This document shows, in pieces, positions 33,807 through 42,757 of a stretch of DNA of 42,757 nucleotides (position 1 is its first letter; each line of letters opens with the position of its first letter). This stretch comes from a virus. Lineage: Duplodnaviria; Caudoviricetes. The notes below the pieces were generated by a model. The model had not been told where the DNA came from, ran no database searches, and was given only the letters and a program-made list of their open reading frames with translations. The DNA is taken from positions 1 to 42,757 of the IMG/VR virus record IMGVR_UViG_3300030433_000925. One strand, written 5' to 3'. A program made the translations under genes and the position numbers.

Positions 33807-35947
33807 CAGCGTCTACCATCCTCCCTAATATCTATTCTTGGTGTACCTAATTTATATTTTGTTCCTAGTGATGTAGAGTCAATTCTTAAAGCAAAAGATC
33901 TACCTCGTAAACGATAATTTAATTTTTCTGTAAACTGTTCAACAGGACTTGTTGCAGATCGTTGAGTTGTAGCTTGTGTTGTTTCATTAAAATTAGCTCC
34001 AGGATTATTTCTAGACTTCATTGTAAACGCTACATCGGGATTCACACTAGTAGAACCATTAAATGTAATGTCAGGAATAACTTGTTTTATAAATAAAAAT
34101 TTATCACCATCTCCTATGTCAATGGCTGATGATTCAATAAACGATGTCATAGCAGAACCGTCATCATCAAACCCTACTTCATGATTATAAAGATATTGAT
34201 TGCCAGTTGCTTGAGGTAAGTTTCTTATGCCTCTATCTAGCCATGCTTGTCTTGCAAGTGTTCCATAATACCAAACTTTTTCTAAATAATTATATGCAAC
34301 ATACTTATCTACAGTTGTTCCAGCAGAAGATGGGTAGAACCATAATATTTCACTAAACTCTGAATTTAGTCCTACATGAACTTTATCACGTTCTTCAAAG
34401 TTAAAATCTAAAAATACTTTATCTTTTACAGTGCATGGTAGTTGTATTGTTTGACCACCAGAGTAAACATAAAAAGTATCTACTCCCATCCAAAAAACTG
34501 CATCTTCAACAGCTATAGCAGAAAAAGGACTCATAATAGTTATATTTTTTGATAATTCTTGTAAACCAAACGTAAATGGTGGACCTATAAACTTCATGGC
34601 GTGTAGCGTTTTATTTGTAAATACTAATATTTGTTGTTTTGTTTCTACAGCCTGTACAAAGGTAGATCCACCACCTAACCTTAGATCTCCTGCCGTATTT
34701 GTAGCAGTCGGAAAAAAATCTACTGGGTTTTCTTGTGAAGAAAAACGTATTAACAAAGGATCTTGCACACCATCACCTTGTGTAGCAGATGAATTTGCAC
34801 CTAATCCATCACAGCCAAATACAATAACATGTCTGTCTTGGTCTGATACAAGAACTTGTTTTGCTATTGTAGGCACACTTGTTTCTCCAGAATATGTGCT
34901 TGTCGCACTAAGTTCTATTGCTCTGTTGCCTAAACCATTTGTTTTATCCCAATAAAATATACCACCATCTCTTGCGTTGATGATCAAATCTTCTCCAAAA
35001 TTATCATGTGACCACAGTCTTATCTGTGCTCCAGGAACAGTAACACTTGCTGCATTACCCCAACCAACAAAGTCATTAGCAGAATCTGCATTACCAACTG
35101 CTAATCTTACAAGTGTATTATCTGCGTGTGTTGCTGCATCCGTGCCACTATGACCACGAGTTACGGTCATTGTATTATCATCAGAAGTTGCTGATACAAG
35201 CATAAGTTCATTATCTATAAGAATAACATCATTTGCTGTATTCATACCAGTTTCATCATCTACATCTACATCAGTCTCACTTGCATCTAAGGCTTCATTA
35301 AGTTGTGTTGCTAAAGCACCAGATGTTGTACCACTCCACTGACCAGCACCCCAACCAGTTCCACCGACTGTTACGTCTAATCCTACGTTTATTTGATAAG
35401 CACCTACAACACTACCACCACCATTACCAGTATCAGATGAATTAGCTGCAACAGAAGATGTTATTGTATAAGCATTAGAACTTATTAATGATGTTATTTG
35501 AAACTCTGCATTAAGTATTGAAGCAGTTATTGTACCACCTAAAGTTGCTGCACCAGAAAAAGTTACAAAATCTTTTTCGTTTGCACCATGTGCTGGATCT
35601 GTAACAGTTATTGTTGTAGAACCATTCGTTGCAGAAAAAGTTACATCACCTGCACTTGTAGTATTTCTAATTGGTGTAATATCATTAAATGTTTGACCTT
35701 CTTCTATATAGTATTTAAGATGTGTGCCAATACCCATGAAATCAGAGCCATCAAGAGCTACCCAATTATGTAGTCTTCTAGCACTACCTAAATATTGATT
35801 AGGACTGTATTTCTCCCAACCACCAAACTTTTCTGGAAAACCAAAACGAAATCTTACTTTATCACCATCAACAAAACCACCCTCATTACTATATGATGTA
35901 ATATCAGATACAATTCCAGGTTTAAATTTAAGAGCTTTCATAGGCAT
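33806..35947 (-). CDS. Tail tubular / head-stabilisation (nozzle) protein
   Basis: FKPGI...DGDKVRFRFGFPEKFGGW, RLWSHDNFGEDL, IRFSSQEN, NTAGDLRL; beta-propeller-like podovirus protein. Confidence 0.7.
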   Translation of the reverse strand: MPMKALKFKPGIVSDITSYSNEGGFVDGDKVRFRFGFPEKFGGWEKYSPNQYLGSARRLHNWVALDGSDFMGIGTHLKYYIEEGQTFNDITPIRNTTSAGDVTFSATNGSTTITVTDPAHGANEKDFVTFSGAATLGGTITASILNAEFQITSLISSNAYTITSSVAANSSDTGNGGGSVVGAYQINVGLDVTVGGTGWGAGQWSGTTSGALATQLNEALDASETDVDVDDETGMNTANDVILIDNELMLVSATSDDNTMTVTRGHSGTDAATHADNTLVRLAVGNADSANDFVGWGNAASVTVPGAQIRLWSHDNFGEDLIINARDGGIFYWDKTNGLGNRAIELSATSTYSGETSVPTIAKQVLVSDQDRHVIVFGCDGLGANSSATQGDGVQDPLLIRFSSQENPVDFFPTATNTAGDLRLGGGSTFVQAVETKQQILVFTNKTLHAMKFIGPPFTFGLQELSKNITIMSPFSAIAVEDAVFWMGVDTFYVYSGGQTIQLPCTVKDKVFLDFNFEERDKVHVGLNSEFSEILWFYPSSAGTTVDKYVAYNYLEKVWYYGTLARQAWLDRGIRNLPQATGNQYLYNHEVGFDDDGSAMTSFIESSAIDIGDGDKFLFIKQVIPDITFNGSTSVNPDVAFTMKSRNNPGANFNETTQATTQRSATSPVEQFTEKLNYRLRGRSFALRIDSTSLGTKYKLGTPRIDIREDGRR

Positions 35948-37104
35948 TAGAACGCACTCACTGATTTAGTTCCAGTATAGGCATCTTCATTAACAGTGCC
36001 AGTACCATCATTAATATCTTTTAAAGCAAAAGGTCTGCTACTACCATCATTACCAGATATTGTACCTGTCAAACTAAAAGAACCATCTGTTGAATCTCTG
36101 TCCACAGTATTAGTAGCACCAGCAGAAACTGTTGCACTAAATGGATCACTGCCAGATAAGACACACGATATTGCTAAATTGTTTGTAAATATAAATCGTC
36201 TGCCTGCTGTCGGACCTACAACATCTACGTTTTTAATTTGGTTAAAGGCTCCACGACCACCTGCTCCAAGTATAATTTCAACTACGGCTTTTCCAGTATT
36301 CACATCAATATACATGGCGATACCCATTGTTCCAGAATTGCCATTATTAACACCAACTAAAGCACTATTCCACTGCATATATCTATAAGTATCACTTCCA
36401 ACAGTATGAGTTGTATTTGTATCTGGTTGACTTGCTGAAACGCCATCAAAGGTACTTGGACCACTAGGACCTACGATAGCACCACTTATAGGTGTGCCAT
36501 CCTCTAAAAAAGCGTGTGTAAAAGACATGGCAAAATCAGATCTATTTATATTTGTAAGTCCCTTACCTCCAAAAGCAGTAGCAGAGCTTGTGTTATAGTA
36601 TGTAGGGTTAGCACTTCGGGTTGAATTACTACTATCTTGTGGTCTTTTCACTGTTCTAGGAGAATCTGTAAAAGAAACACCAGAACCAGCACTTCTATTA
36701 TCATCAACTAATGCAGTATCAAAAGTATGTGTATCAGTCTGTACAACAACTGTAGAATTATCTGCCTCACTTATTGTAGTTGTTCCAGAGTTGCCAGTAG
36801 AACTTTGTGATGACGTAAATGTTTTTAATGTAGATTGTACATTACCACTGCCTTTTAATTCTAGTGTTGTACTAGAATTAGTTGTTAAAGGTGAACCAGA
36901 TGAGTTTGTAATGTTATTACCATTTGTATCAAGTATTATTTTTTTATGTGCAGAGTTATTATCTAAACTTAAATTACCACTAATATTGTCTGAGAGTTTA
37001 AAAAACTGCACTGGAAGTTTAGTCTTATCACCAGCTTTAGTATTTAAACTACCACTTGAGCTTACATCAGTAAATCCTACATTTGATATTAATGGTATCG
37101 CCAT
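35947..37104 (-). CDS. Tail fibre / spike-like protein
   Basis: 385 aa, Ser/Thr/Gly-rich, in the tail module. Confidence 0.55.
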   Translation of the reverse strand: MAIPLISNVGFTDVSSSGSLNTKAGDKTKLPVQFFKLSDNISGNLSLDNNSAHKKIILDTNGNNITNSSGSPLTTNSSTTLELKGSGNVQSTLKTFTSSQSSTGNSGTTTISEADNSTVVVQTDTHTFDTALVDDNRSAGSGVSFTDSPRTVKRPQDSSNSTRSANPTYYNTSSATAFGGKGLTNINRSDFAMSFTHAFLEDGTPISGAIVGPSGPSTFDGVSASQPDTNTTHTVGSDTYRYMQWNSALVGVNNGNSGTMGIAMYIDVNTGKAVVEIILGAGGRGAFNQIKNVDVVGPTAGRRFIFTNNLAISCVLSGSDPFSATVSAGATNTVDRDSTDGSFSLTGTISGNDGSSRPFALKDINDGTGTVNEDAYTGTKSVSAF

Positions 37105-37111
37105 TTATCAC

Positions 37112-37996
37112 CTAATATTTAATTGATTCTACAAAAGTAAATATAGATCCATTTTGATTTATTGCTATTGCAAAAGATACAGAATTACCAAGACTTACAC
37201 CTTGTGAGTTAGACGGATAACTTAAAGTTAATGTATTAGACGAACTTGTTTTATCCACAATTATGTATTGACCTATCGCTAAACTACCTATCGCTAAAGT
37301 TAAAGCTACGTTATTACTAGACGTATCTACTTTTTGATAAATTGATTGTGCTGACGATGGTGTAAGTGTAGCTGATGAAGACGTTATAGCACTTGGCACT
37401 GATACGAGATTAGCGTTAAAATATGTAGAAAAAGTAGCAGCAGTAGTTTGCCTCATTGTACCACCATCATTTGTTACAATACCATCTCCATCTGCAACTG
37501 CTGTAGTTCCAGCACTTGTACCACCATCCATAAGATTTAACTCTGATGCTGTTGCAGTTAACTTAGTTCCACCAAATGTTAAACTATCTAATAAATCCAC
37601 AACAGCCGCACCAGATCCTGCACCATCTGCATATATTAAGGCTTTTGCACCAGCAGGAACATTAACATTACCACCAGATCCTTGTGTAAATGTAACAGTC
37701 TGACTTGTGCTATTGTGAACAAAGAACATTTTATCTTGATCGTTTGGAGATATAGTTATTGTATTTGTGCCAGATGGAGATCCACCTAACACAAGAACCT
37801 TGTTACCACCTTCTGATAATGTACCATCGCTAGTTGTTAAAGTATGTGTTGTGCCAGATAAGGTTATAGCTCCTACACCATTAATGGCTCTGTCTAGTAT
37901 ATCTAGGTTGTTGTTGGTAGTTGTACCCCATGTACCAGCTTGTTCACCAGCACCTATCTTTTCAACCCCTAGATTTGATGTATATGTACTTGCCAT
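37112..37996 (-). CDS. Tail fibre protein
   Basis: MASTYT.NLG.EK...GEQAGTWGTTTN N-terminus; TATASELNLMDG. Confidence 0.65.
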   Translation of the reverse strand: MASTYTSNLGVEKIGAGEQAGTWGTTTNNNLDILDRAINGVGAITLSGTTHTLTTSDGTLSEGGNKVLVLGGSPSGTNTITISPNDQDKMFFVHNSTSQTVTFTQGSGGNVNVPAGAKALIYADGAGSGAAVVDLLDSLTFGGTKLTATASELNLMDGGTSAGTTAVADGDGIVTNDGGTMRQTTAATFSTYFNANLVSVPSAITSSSATLTPSSAQSIYQKVDTSSNNVALTLAIGSLAIGQYIIVDKTSSSNTLTLSYPSNSQGVSLGNSVSFAIAINQNGSIFTFVESIKY

Positions 37997-37998
37997 GC

Positions 37999-38484
37999 TT
38001 ACCTCACTATTTCTGTATATGTCTCTGTGCCACTAGGCGTAATCTCTGTATATGTTTCAGTGCCACTTGGTGTGACTTCTGTGTACGTTTCTGTTGTTGC
38101 ATCTGTTGTTACTGCTACATACAGTATATCTCCAGATGTTGTTTTTGTAAAATTCAAATCTTTTGTTACAACACCTGATGCTATCTTAATACCATCACTA
38201 GTTTGTGTAAACTCTGTACTTAAAGTTGCATCTGTAAAGTTTACAACTTTTATATTTTCTGTGGTCTGCGTAAAATCAAAACTTAAATCTGCATTAGCAC
38301 TACCAGTTATTAAGATACCAGCAGTAGTCTTAGTAAAGTTAGCATCTAATGTTGCAACACCGACAAGCTCTCCTACACCCACAGAACTTGCAGATGAGAT
38401 ACCACTCATCTCTGCTGTTGCTACTTGTAATACGCCACCTACATCAGCAAGAGCAGTTTCTGCTATGGCAGCGTGACCCAACAT
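37999..38484 (-). CDS. Virion structural protein with internal repeats
   Basis: Four (N/D/E)FT(K/Q)T repeats and C-terminal TETYTE(V/I)TPSG tandem repeats. Confidence 0.65.
   Translation of the reverse strand: MLGHAAIAETALADVGGVLQVATAEMSGISSASSVGVGELVGVATLDANFTKTTAGILITGSANADLSFDFTQTTENIKVVNFTDATLSTEFTQTSDGIKIASGVVTKDLNFTKTTSGDILYVAVTTDATTETYTEVTPSGTETYTEITPSGTETYTEIVR
38008..38094 (-). repeat. 33-nt coding tandem repeat (~2.6 units)
   Basis: Encodes TETYTEVTPSG TETYTEITPSG TETYTEI with synonymous divergence. Confidence 0.85.
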
Positions 38485-38675
38485 TAATCAGCATCCTCTA
38501 TCTTGTTGCCTTTAGCTACCCATTCTTGGACTGCTTGGTAGTGTCTGTTAGCAGGGTCTAGTGGTATGTGCCATGTTTTACCATCTAAGACTGCAATAAT
38601 TGAGGCATTTTCTAAAGGTGCATTTTCGTCAGAACTAAGTCTTCCTAAAGCGTATTTAACAGATGTAAAATTCAT
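38484..38675 (-). CDS. Small tail-fibre-associated protein
   Basis: IPLDPANRHYQAVQEWVAKGNKIEDAD; directly follows a fibre gene. Confidence 0.7.
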   Translation of the reverse strand: MNFTSVKYALGRLSSDENAPLENASIIAVLDGKTWHIPLDPANRHYQAVQEWVAKGNKIEDAD

Positions 38676-39836
38676 TTATAACTCCGCATCTATAATAAAA
38701 AGATGATCACTAGCAGCTACTATTTGAAAATTGTAATCTGCATTACCTGTATCGGTGACTCCTGTTACAGAGCCAGTGTACAATAAAACTAACATATTTC
38801 CAGAATACACAAGTGTTGGCGTAACTCCTCCACAAGTTAAAGTGTCTGTGGCGTTTACATAATCATGGTTTTCAGGGTTTAAAAGACGTACATCACCAGT
38901 TAATGTTACAGAGGGTGTCGTATCTCTCATTGTCACAGGCAAAGGCAACGTAAAATTTTTATTAGTGCTTCCTCTTGACATACCTGCAAGTATTATATGC
39001 CCAGTTCCTGCTGAATGAGTATTAACAATTTGAACACAATATCTCTGACACAAAGCTAGTTCTTCTCCGAATGACCTATGCTCAAATGGTGTGGCTTGTG
39101 AGCCTACTTCTAGTTGGACTTGTGTTAAATAAAAATTGTTAGAGGTGCTGTCCATCCAATTAACTTGATTGCTCGATGCGTATGTATTAGTATCACTTGA
39201 CCAAGTATTACTTGTTCCTATGGCATAAGTAGAACCTTGACCAAGACCAAATGATAACTCAAATCCAAGACCATTATCATTATCAATTGCACCAGCAGAA
39301 GCAGTGATAAATGAAGTGCTACCAGCAGTCGGAGTTATAATTATTTCCTTTTGCTCCCAAGTATTTGCACTATTAATTGTGTATTCGTGAATGAAATGAT
39401 AAGCTGTATTATCTGGTTTTCTTAAAAGAATAGAATATATTCCAGTTTTGTTTGACTTTACCCAAAATGAAAGTGCTAAAGTTTTTGCAGAGGATGTTCC
39501 ATACGATAATTGCTGTAAATCTTGTGCTTCAATTCTTTGAATAATTCGTGAAAACTGAGTGCTTGAAAGGCTTGTGTCTGCTGTTGTAACTTGACACTTT
39601 AAAGAATTACCAGTTCCAAAAGGATTGTCCGTTGACTTTTCAGTAGTAAAAGCACCATCAGTGCTTGTGTCTCCTCTAAATCTGTCAACAGTAGTATAAT
39701 CAGAACCAGCTGCTGTAGCAGAAGTTGATCTTTGAAAAATTTGCATTGCACCATTGGTAACAATATTCCTTCGCCCACTAATCTGACTATTGGTTAGGAC
39801 TTCACCCATCTTTGCTAATTCTGCTGCTTTGGTCAT
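38676..39836 (-). CDS. Tail fibre protein with carbohydrate-binding-like domain
   Basis: RRNIVTNGAMQIFQR, DRF, LSFWVKS, QVQLEVGSQATPFEHRSFGEELALCQRY. Confidence 0.75.
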   Translation of the reverse strand: MTKAAELAKMGEVLTNSQISGRRNIVTNGAMQIFQRSTSATAAGSDYTTVDRFRGDTSTDGAFTTEKSTDNPFGTGNSLKCQVTTADTSLSSTQFSRIIQRIEAQDLQQLSYGTSSAKTLALSFWVKSNKTGIYSILLRKPDNTAYHFIHEYTINSANTWEQKEIIITPTAGSTSFITASAGAIDNDNGLGFELSFGLGQGSTYAIGTSNTWSSDTNTYASSNQVNWMDSTSNNFYLTQVQLEVGSQATPFEHRSFGEELALCQRYCVQIVNTHSAGTGHIILAGMSRGSTNKNFTLPLPVTMRDTTPSVTLTGDVRLLNPENHDYVNATDTLTCGGVTPTLVYSGNMLVLLYTGSVTGVTDTGNADYNFQIVAASDHLFIIDAEL

Positions 39837-40222
39837 GCTGAGTCTCCATGTATTGCTGCACCTATGTATGGCTCATCCAATATTGTTGAGTGTGTTTGCA
39901 CAGAAGTGACACGAAAGAGAGATGTCGTAGGTTCAAGGCTATCGTGAGGTTGTTGAACAACGACCATTGATGCGTTACTATCTCCTCCTCCACCTGTTGT
40001 TACATAATCTGCATTTCCAAGATTGTTTGTTATGCCTACATTATATGTGCCAGTTGCAACGTCTGTTAAACCAGATACGTTAAAACTGTCACGACTAGCA
40101 ATAGTGCCTTCTCCGTTAAAATTTATCCAAACCTTTGCAGTGCCCTGATTTACAGTAGCCATAGGTGTAGAGTTATTACTACTTGCATCTGTTAATGTGT
40201 TTACTCTTAATATACTAGCCAT
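39833..40222 (-). CDS. Tail-associated protein, paralog a
   Basis: MASILRV...GTAKVWINFNG...SFNVSGLTD..TG...HGDSA. Confidence 0.7.
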   Translation of the reverse strand: MASILRVNTLTDASSNNSTPMATVNQGTAKVWINFNGEGTIASRDSFNVSGLTDVATGTYNVGITNNLGNADYVTTGGGGDSNASMVVVQQPHDSLEPTTSLFRVTSVQTHSTILDEPYIGAAIHGDSA

Positions 40223-40677
40223 TATGCGAGGTCTCCAAATATTTGTACGCCATTTGCATCATTATCTTCTTCATTTGCGTCTGAACTATCACTAGATGCA
40301 TAACCACAATCAATTTTTACACTGCCTGTAAATAACCCAACAGACCTTGCATTAGGAGTTGATTGAGATGTAATTTTTACACCAACAAAGTTGCCAACTC
40401 TATCACTACTTGCTGCCATAGCTAAAGATGCTGATGATGGAGAATAGTTAATGTCATTAAAAGATGCTGAAAATGTTATTTCAAATTGACCTGTAGCATC
40501 ATCAGATACAGAAGACACATTTAATGAGGATCTAATTGAATTTGCTATTTGGTCATAATTTATAACCATTTTAGCCAACCCTTGTTGCAGATTAGTTGTT
40601 GTACTACCTGATGTAACATTAATAGAACCTGCTGTGGTTACACCTGTGAATTTATCTACTTTAAGTTCACTTGCCAT
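40222..40677 (-). CDS. Tail-associated protein, paralog b
   Basis: MASELKV...GLAKMVINYD...SLNVSSVSD..TG...FGDLA. Confidence 0.7.
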   Translation of the reverse strand: MASELKVDKFTGVTTAGSINVTSGSTTTNLQQGLAKMVINYDQIANSIRSSLNVSSVSDDATGQFEITFSASFNDINYSPSSASLAMAASSDRVGNFVGVKITSQSTPNARSVGLFTGSVKIDCGYASSDSSDANEEDNDANGVQIFGDLA

Positions 40678-41153
40678 TATGCTAAGTCTCCAAATGTTGC
40701 ACAGTAACTTCCGTCATGGTCTTGTTTAGCACCATCGCCTGAACCACTTGAACCATAATATGTATGAAAATTTACTCTAGTTGTTGACTGTGCAGTATCA
40801 CCTGCTTGGTTTGAATTTGAACCTGCTCTGTGTGCCCCAGAATTTTCACTGCTACCTTCGTTTACAGTATTGTATGTGGTTGTGAATATACATCTGTCTT
40901 CTGAGCCTGACATATTGTTAGTATAAAAAGTAGAAAAATCTCCAGTACCATGGTCTGTTAAAGAAGTTTGATTAAGACTCCCTCTTGTGGCTTGGTCTAC
41001 TGCATCATAGTTCACCCAGTGTTTCGCCAAACCTTGTAAAGTATTCTGTGTAGCTGAACCATCAACATAAGTTGAAGTGTTAGCCATCTTTACATTCGTG
41101 CCACCACTACCTGCTTTATCTACAATGGTGTCTACATTTAACTGACTTGTCAT
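40677..41153 (-). CDS. Tail-associated protein, paralog c (start revised to MTSQLNV)
   Basis: GLAKHWVNYD...SLNQTSLTD..TG...FGDLA; ATGA overlap at 41150-41153. Confidence 0.7.
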   Translation of the reverse strand: MTSQLNVDTIVDKAGSGGTNVKMANTSTYVDGSATQNTLQGLAKHWVNYDAVDQATRGSLNQTSLTDHGTGDFSTFYTNNMSGSEDRCIFTTTYNTVNEGSSENSGAHRAGSNSNQAGDTAQSTTRVNFHTYYGSSGSGDGAKQDHDGSYCATFGDLA

Positions 41154-41608
41154 ACAATACTCCAATAGCCATTAACAGTAACTGTTGCTGACTGTGTTAT
41201 AGGACCTGCACTTACACCATTCTCATCACTATCTATTGTAATGTCTGCACTTATTGTCTGTCCATTTAATCTGATGATTGAGTTGTTACCCTTGAAAGGA
41301 TATCTTGTATCTGACTCTGTTTTTGTATATGAGTTTGCTACAGAAAAAGTATCATACACAACCATTTCTACGATGTCGTTTAAACTCGCTGCTTGGACTA
41401 ATACAACAGTTGTGCCAGTTGTTGCAGTGTAGTCGTCACCAGGCACTAACAATACACCATTTTGATATACATCCATATACAGACTATCAGTGTAACTTAG
41501 TGATAGTGAGTTGGCATCTGATCCACTAAAGCTAGTTTGTCCAGCCGTAGCTTGATACTGAAACCTACTTCTTACACCAAAATTTTCTGAACGACCTATG
41601 TATGGCAT
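41150..41608 (-). CDS. Tail fibre / baseplate-like protein
   Basis: MPYIG, ATAGQTSF, VYQNGVLL..DDYTAT, SAGPIT. Confidence 0.7.
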   Translation of the reverse strand: MPYIGRSENFGVRSRFQYQATAGQTSFSGSDANSLSLSYTDSLYMDVYQNGVLLVPGDDYTATTGTTVVLVQAASLNDIVEMVVYDTFSVANSYTKTESDTRYPFKGNNSIIRLNGQTISADITIDSDENGVSAGPITQSATVTVNGYWSIV

Positions 41609-41611
41609 TAT

Positions 41612-41959
41612 TTACTCCGTTGGTTTCTCTGGAAACTTAAAATCTTTATCACTCATTGATTTAAATGTTTTTGTTATATCTCTAAGTTCTTGTCTATAGG
41701 TTTTCCAAGCATCAGACATGGTTACATCTGATAAAGCTAGATAATCAGTTTCAGCTAATAAGATATTTCTTTGTTTTCTTAGTTCAACTAAATTTTCAGA
41801 AACTAAAACTTTGTCATATTCAACTTTAATCTCATCTTCTGTTGGCTTCTTAGCATCTCCATTTATAACTAATGTTGAATAGTCAGTTTCTTCAAAAGTA
41901 AAACCAACTTCATTGCCTAATAAATTAGCTATTGCTTTTTGATATATTACAACATTCAT
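41612..41959 (-). CDS. Phage tail assembly chaperone-like protein
   Basis: LRKQRNILLAETDY...WKTYRQELRDIT...FPEKP. Confidence 0.8.
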   Translation of the reverse strand: MNVVIYQKAIANLLGNEVGFTFEETDYSTLVINGDAKKPTEDEIKVEYDKVLVSENLVELRKQRNILLAETDYLALSDVTMSDAWKTYRQELRDITKTFKSMSDKDFKFPEKPTE

Positions 41960-41968
41960 ATTACTTCC

Positions 41969-42454
41969 TTACTTAAACAAAACAAAAATATTGTCACCAT
42001 TATTAGCATCATCAAAATAGTTCATAATTGCTGTTGTGCTTGACGTAGAATTTCTTACTTGAATAGTTACTGTATGACTACCAGCACTTACGTTTGTAAA
42101 AAAGCCATGTAGATTATGAGCACCATGAGACATATTTATGCCGTGTCCTTGTTTGAATACTTGTAATTCAGTAGATTGTGATGAACCATCTAAGTCAAAT
42201 CTACCAGCAACCATGACCTGACCTTGTTCATAACCATGTGAAAACTGAGCAATACATTGTAATGTTTGTACTTTTGTCGTTGTAAATGTAACTGATAGAT
42301 GATCGACAAAACCTGAATCACCAGTTAGAGTTCTATTAGTGGATGTAGATGCATGAGCAACACTATATCCTTCATCAATACCAGTGAGTGTGCCAGTAAA
42401 AGCAAACGTATCTGCTAAGTTTATTCCCTCTGCTTGTACTTTAGTTAATGCCAT
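41969..42454 (-). CDS. Tail-associated protein
   Basis: MALTKV start; beta-rich, AGSHTVTIQ. Confidence 0.6.
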   Translation of the reverse strand: MALTKVQAEGINLADTFAFTGTLTGIDEGYSVAHASTSTNRTLTGDSGFVDHLSVTFTTTKVQTLQCIAQFSHGYEQGQVMVAGRFDLDGSSQSTELQVFKQGHGINMSHGAHNLHGFFTNVSAGSHTVTIQVRNSTSSTTAIMNYFDDANNGDNIFVLFK

Positions 42455-42463
42455 CCGTTACTC

Positions 42464-42757
42464 CTATGCGTATGGACTATCGCCTAATACACTTGTATCC
42501 CAAGCTGCTTTTAACTTAGCAATAGTGTCTGCATCTGTGATTGCCTTTGCAGCAGGTGCATCTCTTAATGCTTTTTTCTTAGTAACACTAGCTGCTTGTG
42601 CAGAACTATCTCCAGCTTCTAATGCTTTCATATAGACTACATCTTCTTCTGCTAATAACGGAGTTCTAACTTCTCTAATCTTATCTTGAAAAATTTTTTT
42701 AGATTCAGCTAGATCTTCTGTTATTGTTTTGCCAGATAATGTCCAAGCATTTCTGAA
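42464..42757 (-). CDS. Tail-associated / chaperone-like protein, C-terminal fragment
   Basis: Open frame from the window edge: FRNAWTLSGK...IREVRTPLLAEEDVVYMKALE...KKALRDAPA...LKAAWDTSVLGDSPYA-stop. Confidence 0.75.
   Translation of the reverse strand, partial: FRNAWTLSGKTITEDLAESKKIFQDKIREVRTPLLAEEDVVYMKALEAGDSSAQAASVTKKKALRDAPAAKAITDADTIAKLKAAWDTSVLGDSPYA

Noticed and set aside
38676-41153. Diversity-generating retroelement acting on fibre genes
   Set aside because: No reverse transcriptase and no near-identical TR/VR pair seen.
11211-42635. Remaining short plus-strand ORFs antisense to polA, helicase, ejection and tail genes, and minus-strand 25045..25236
   Set aside because: Fully overlap recognisable genes and show antisense-type composition.
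1-42757. tRNA, rRNA, integrase, transposase or phage RNA polymerase genes
   Set aside because: None recognised by eye; a tRNAscan/HMM run would be needed to exclude them formally.

Overview
AT-rich dsDNA tailed-phage sequence, podovirus-like and resembling uncultured marine phages; an alphaproteobacterial host is plausible but inferred. Almost all genes are on the minus strand. Left to right: N-terminus of the terminase large subunit and two putative virion proteins (1-1.6 kb); a repeat-rich, G-tract-containing region with two winged-helix-like paralogs, a PD-(D/E)xK nuclease and the terminase small subunit (1.6-4.1 kb); small early genes including DUF932, a DksA/TraR-type Zn finger and a MazG-like protein (4.4-10.5 kb); a replication and base-modification module (family A DNA polymerase, Nmad1-like protein, dUMP-hydroxymethylase-like thymidylate synthase homolog, aGPT-Pplase1/5-hmdU DNA kinase helical-domain protein, SAM methyltransferase, UvrD helicase, AEP primase, SSB-like protein; 10.6-21.1 kb); a lone plus-strand SNF2 helicase-HTH-lysozyme operon; holin and small late genes; ejection proteins; tail and fibre genes. 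Portal and capsid genes are outside the window. Most notable: (1) a thymidine hypermodification operon carrying a small-molecule-type SAM methyltransferase instead of the known tailoring enzymes, suggesting an undescribed modified base; (2) two inverted copies of an iteron-like element 17 kb apart that bracket the early/replication region; (3) a structured ~160-nt RNA starting at a predicted transcription start; (4) a repeated phage-specific promoter class and three paralogous winged-helix-like proteins. All family assignments are from motif recognition by eye; no database search was run.
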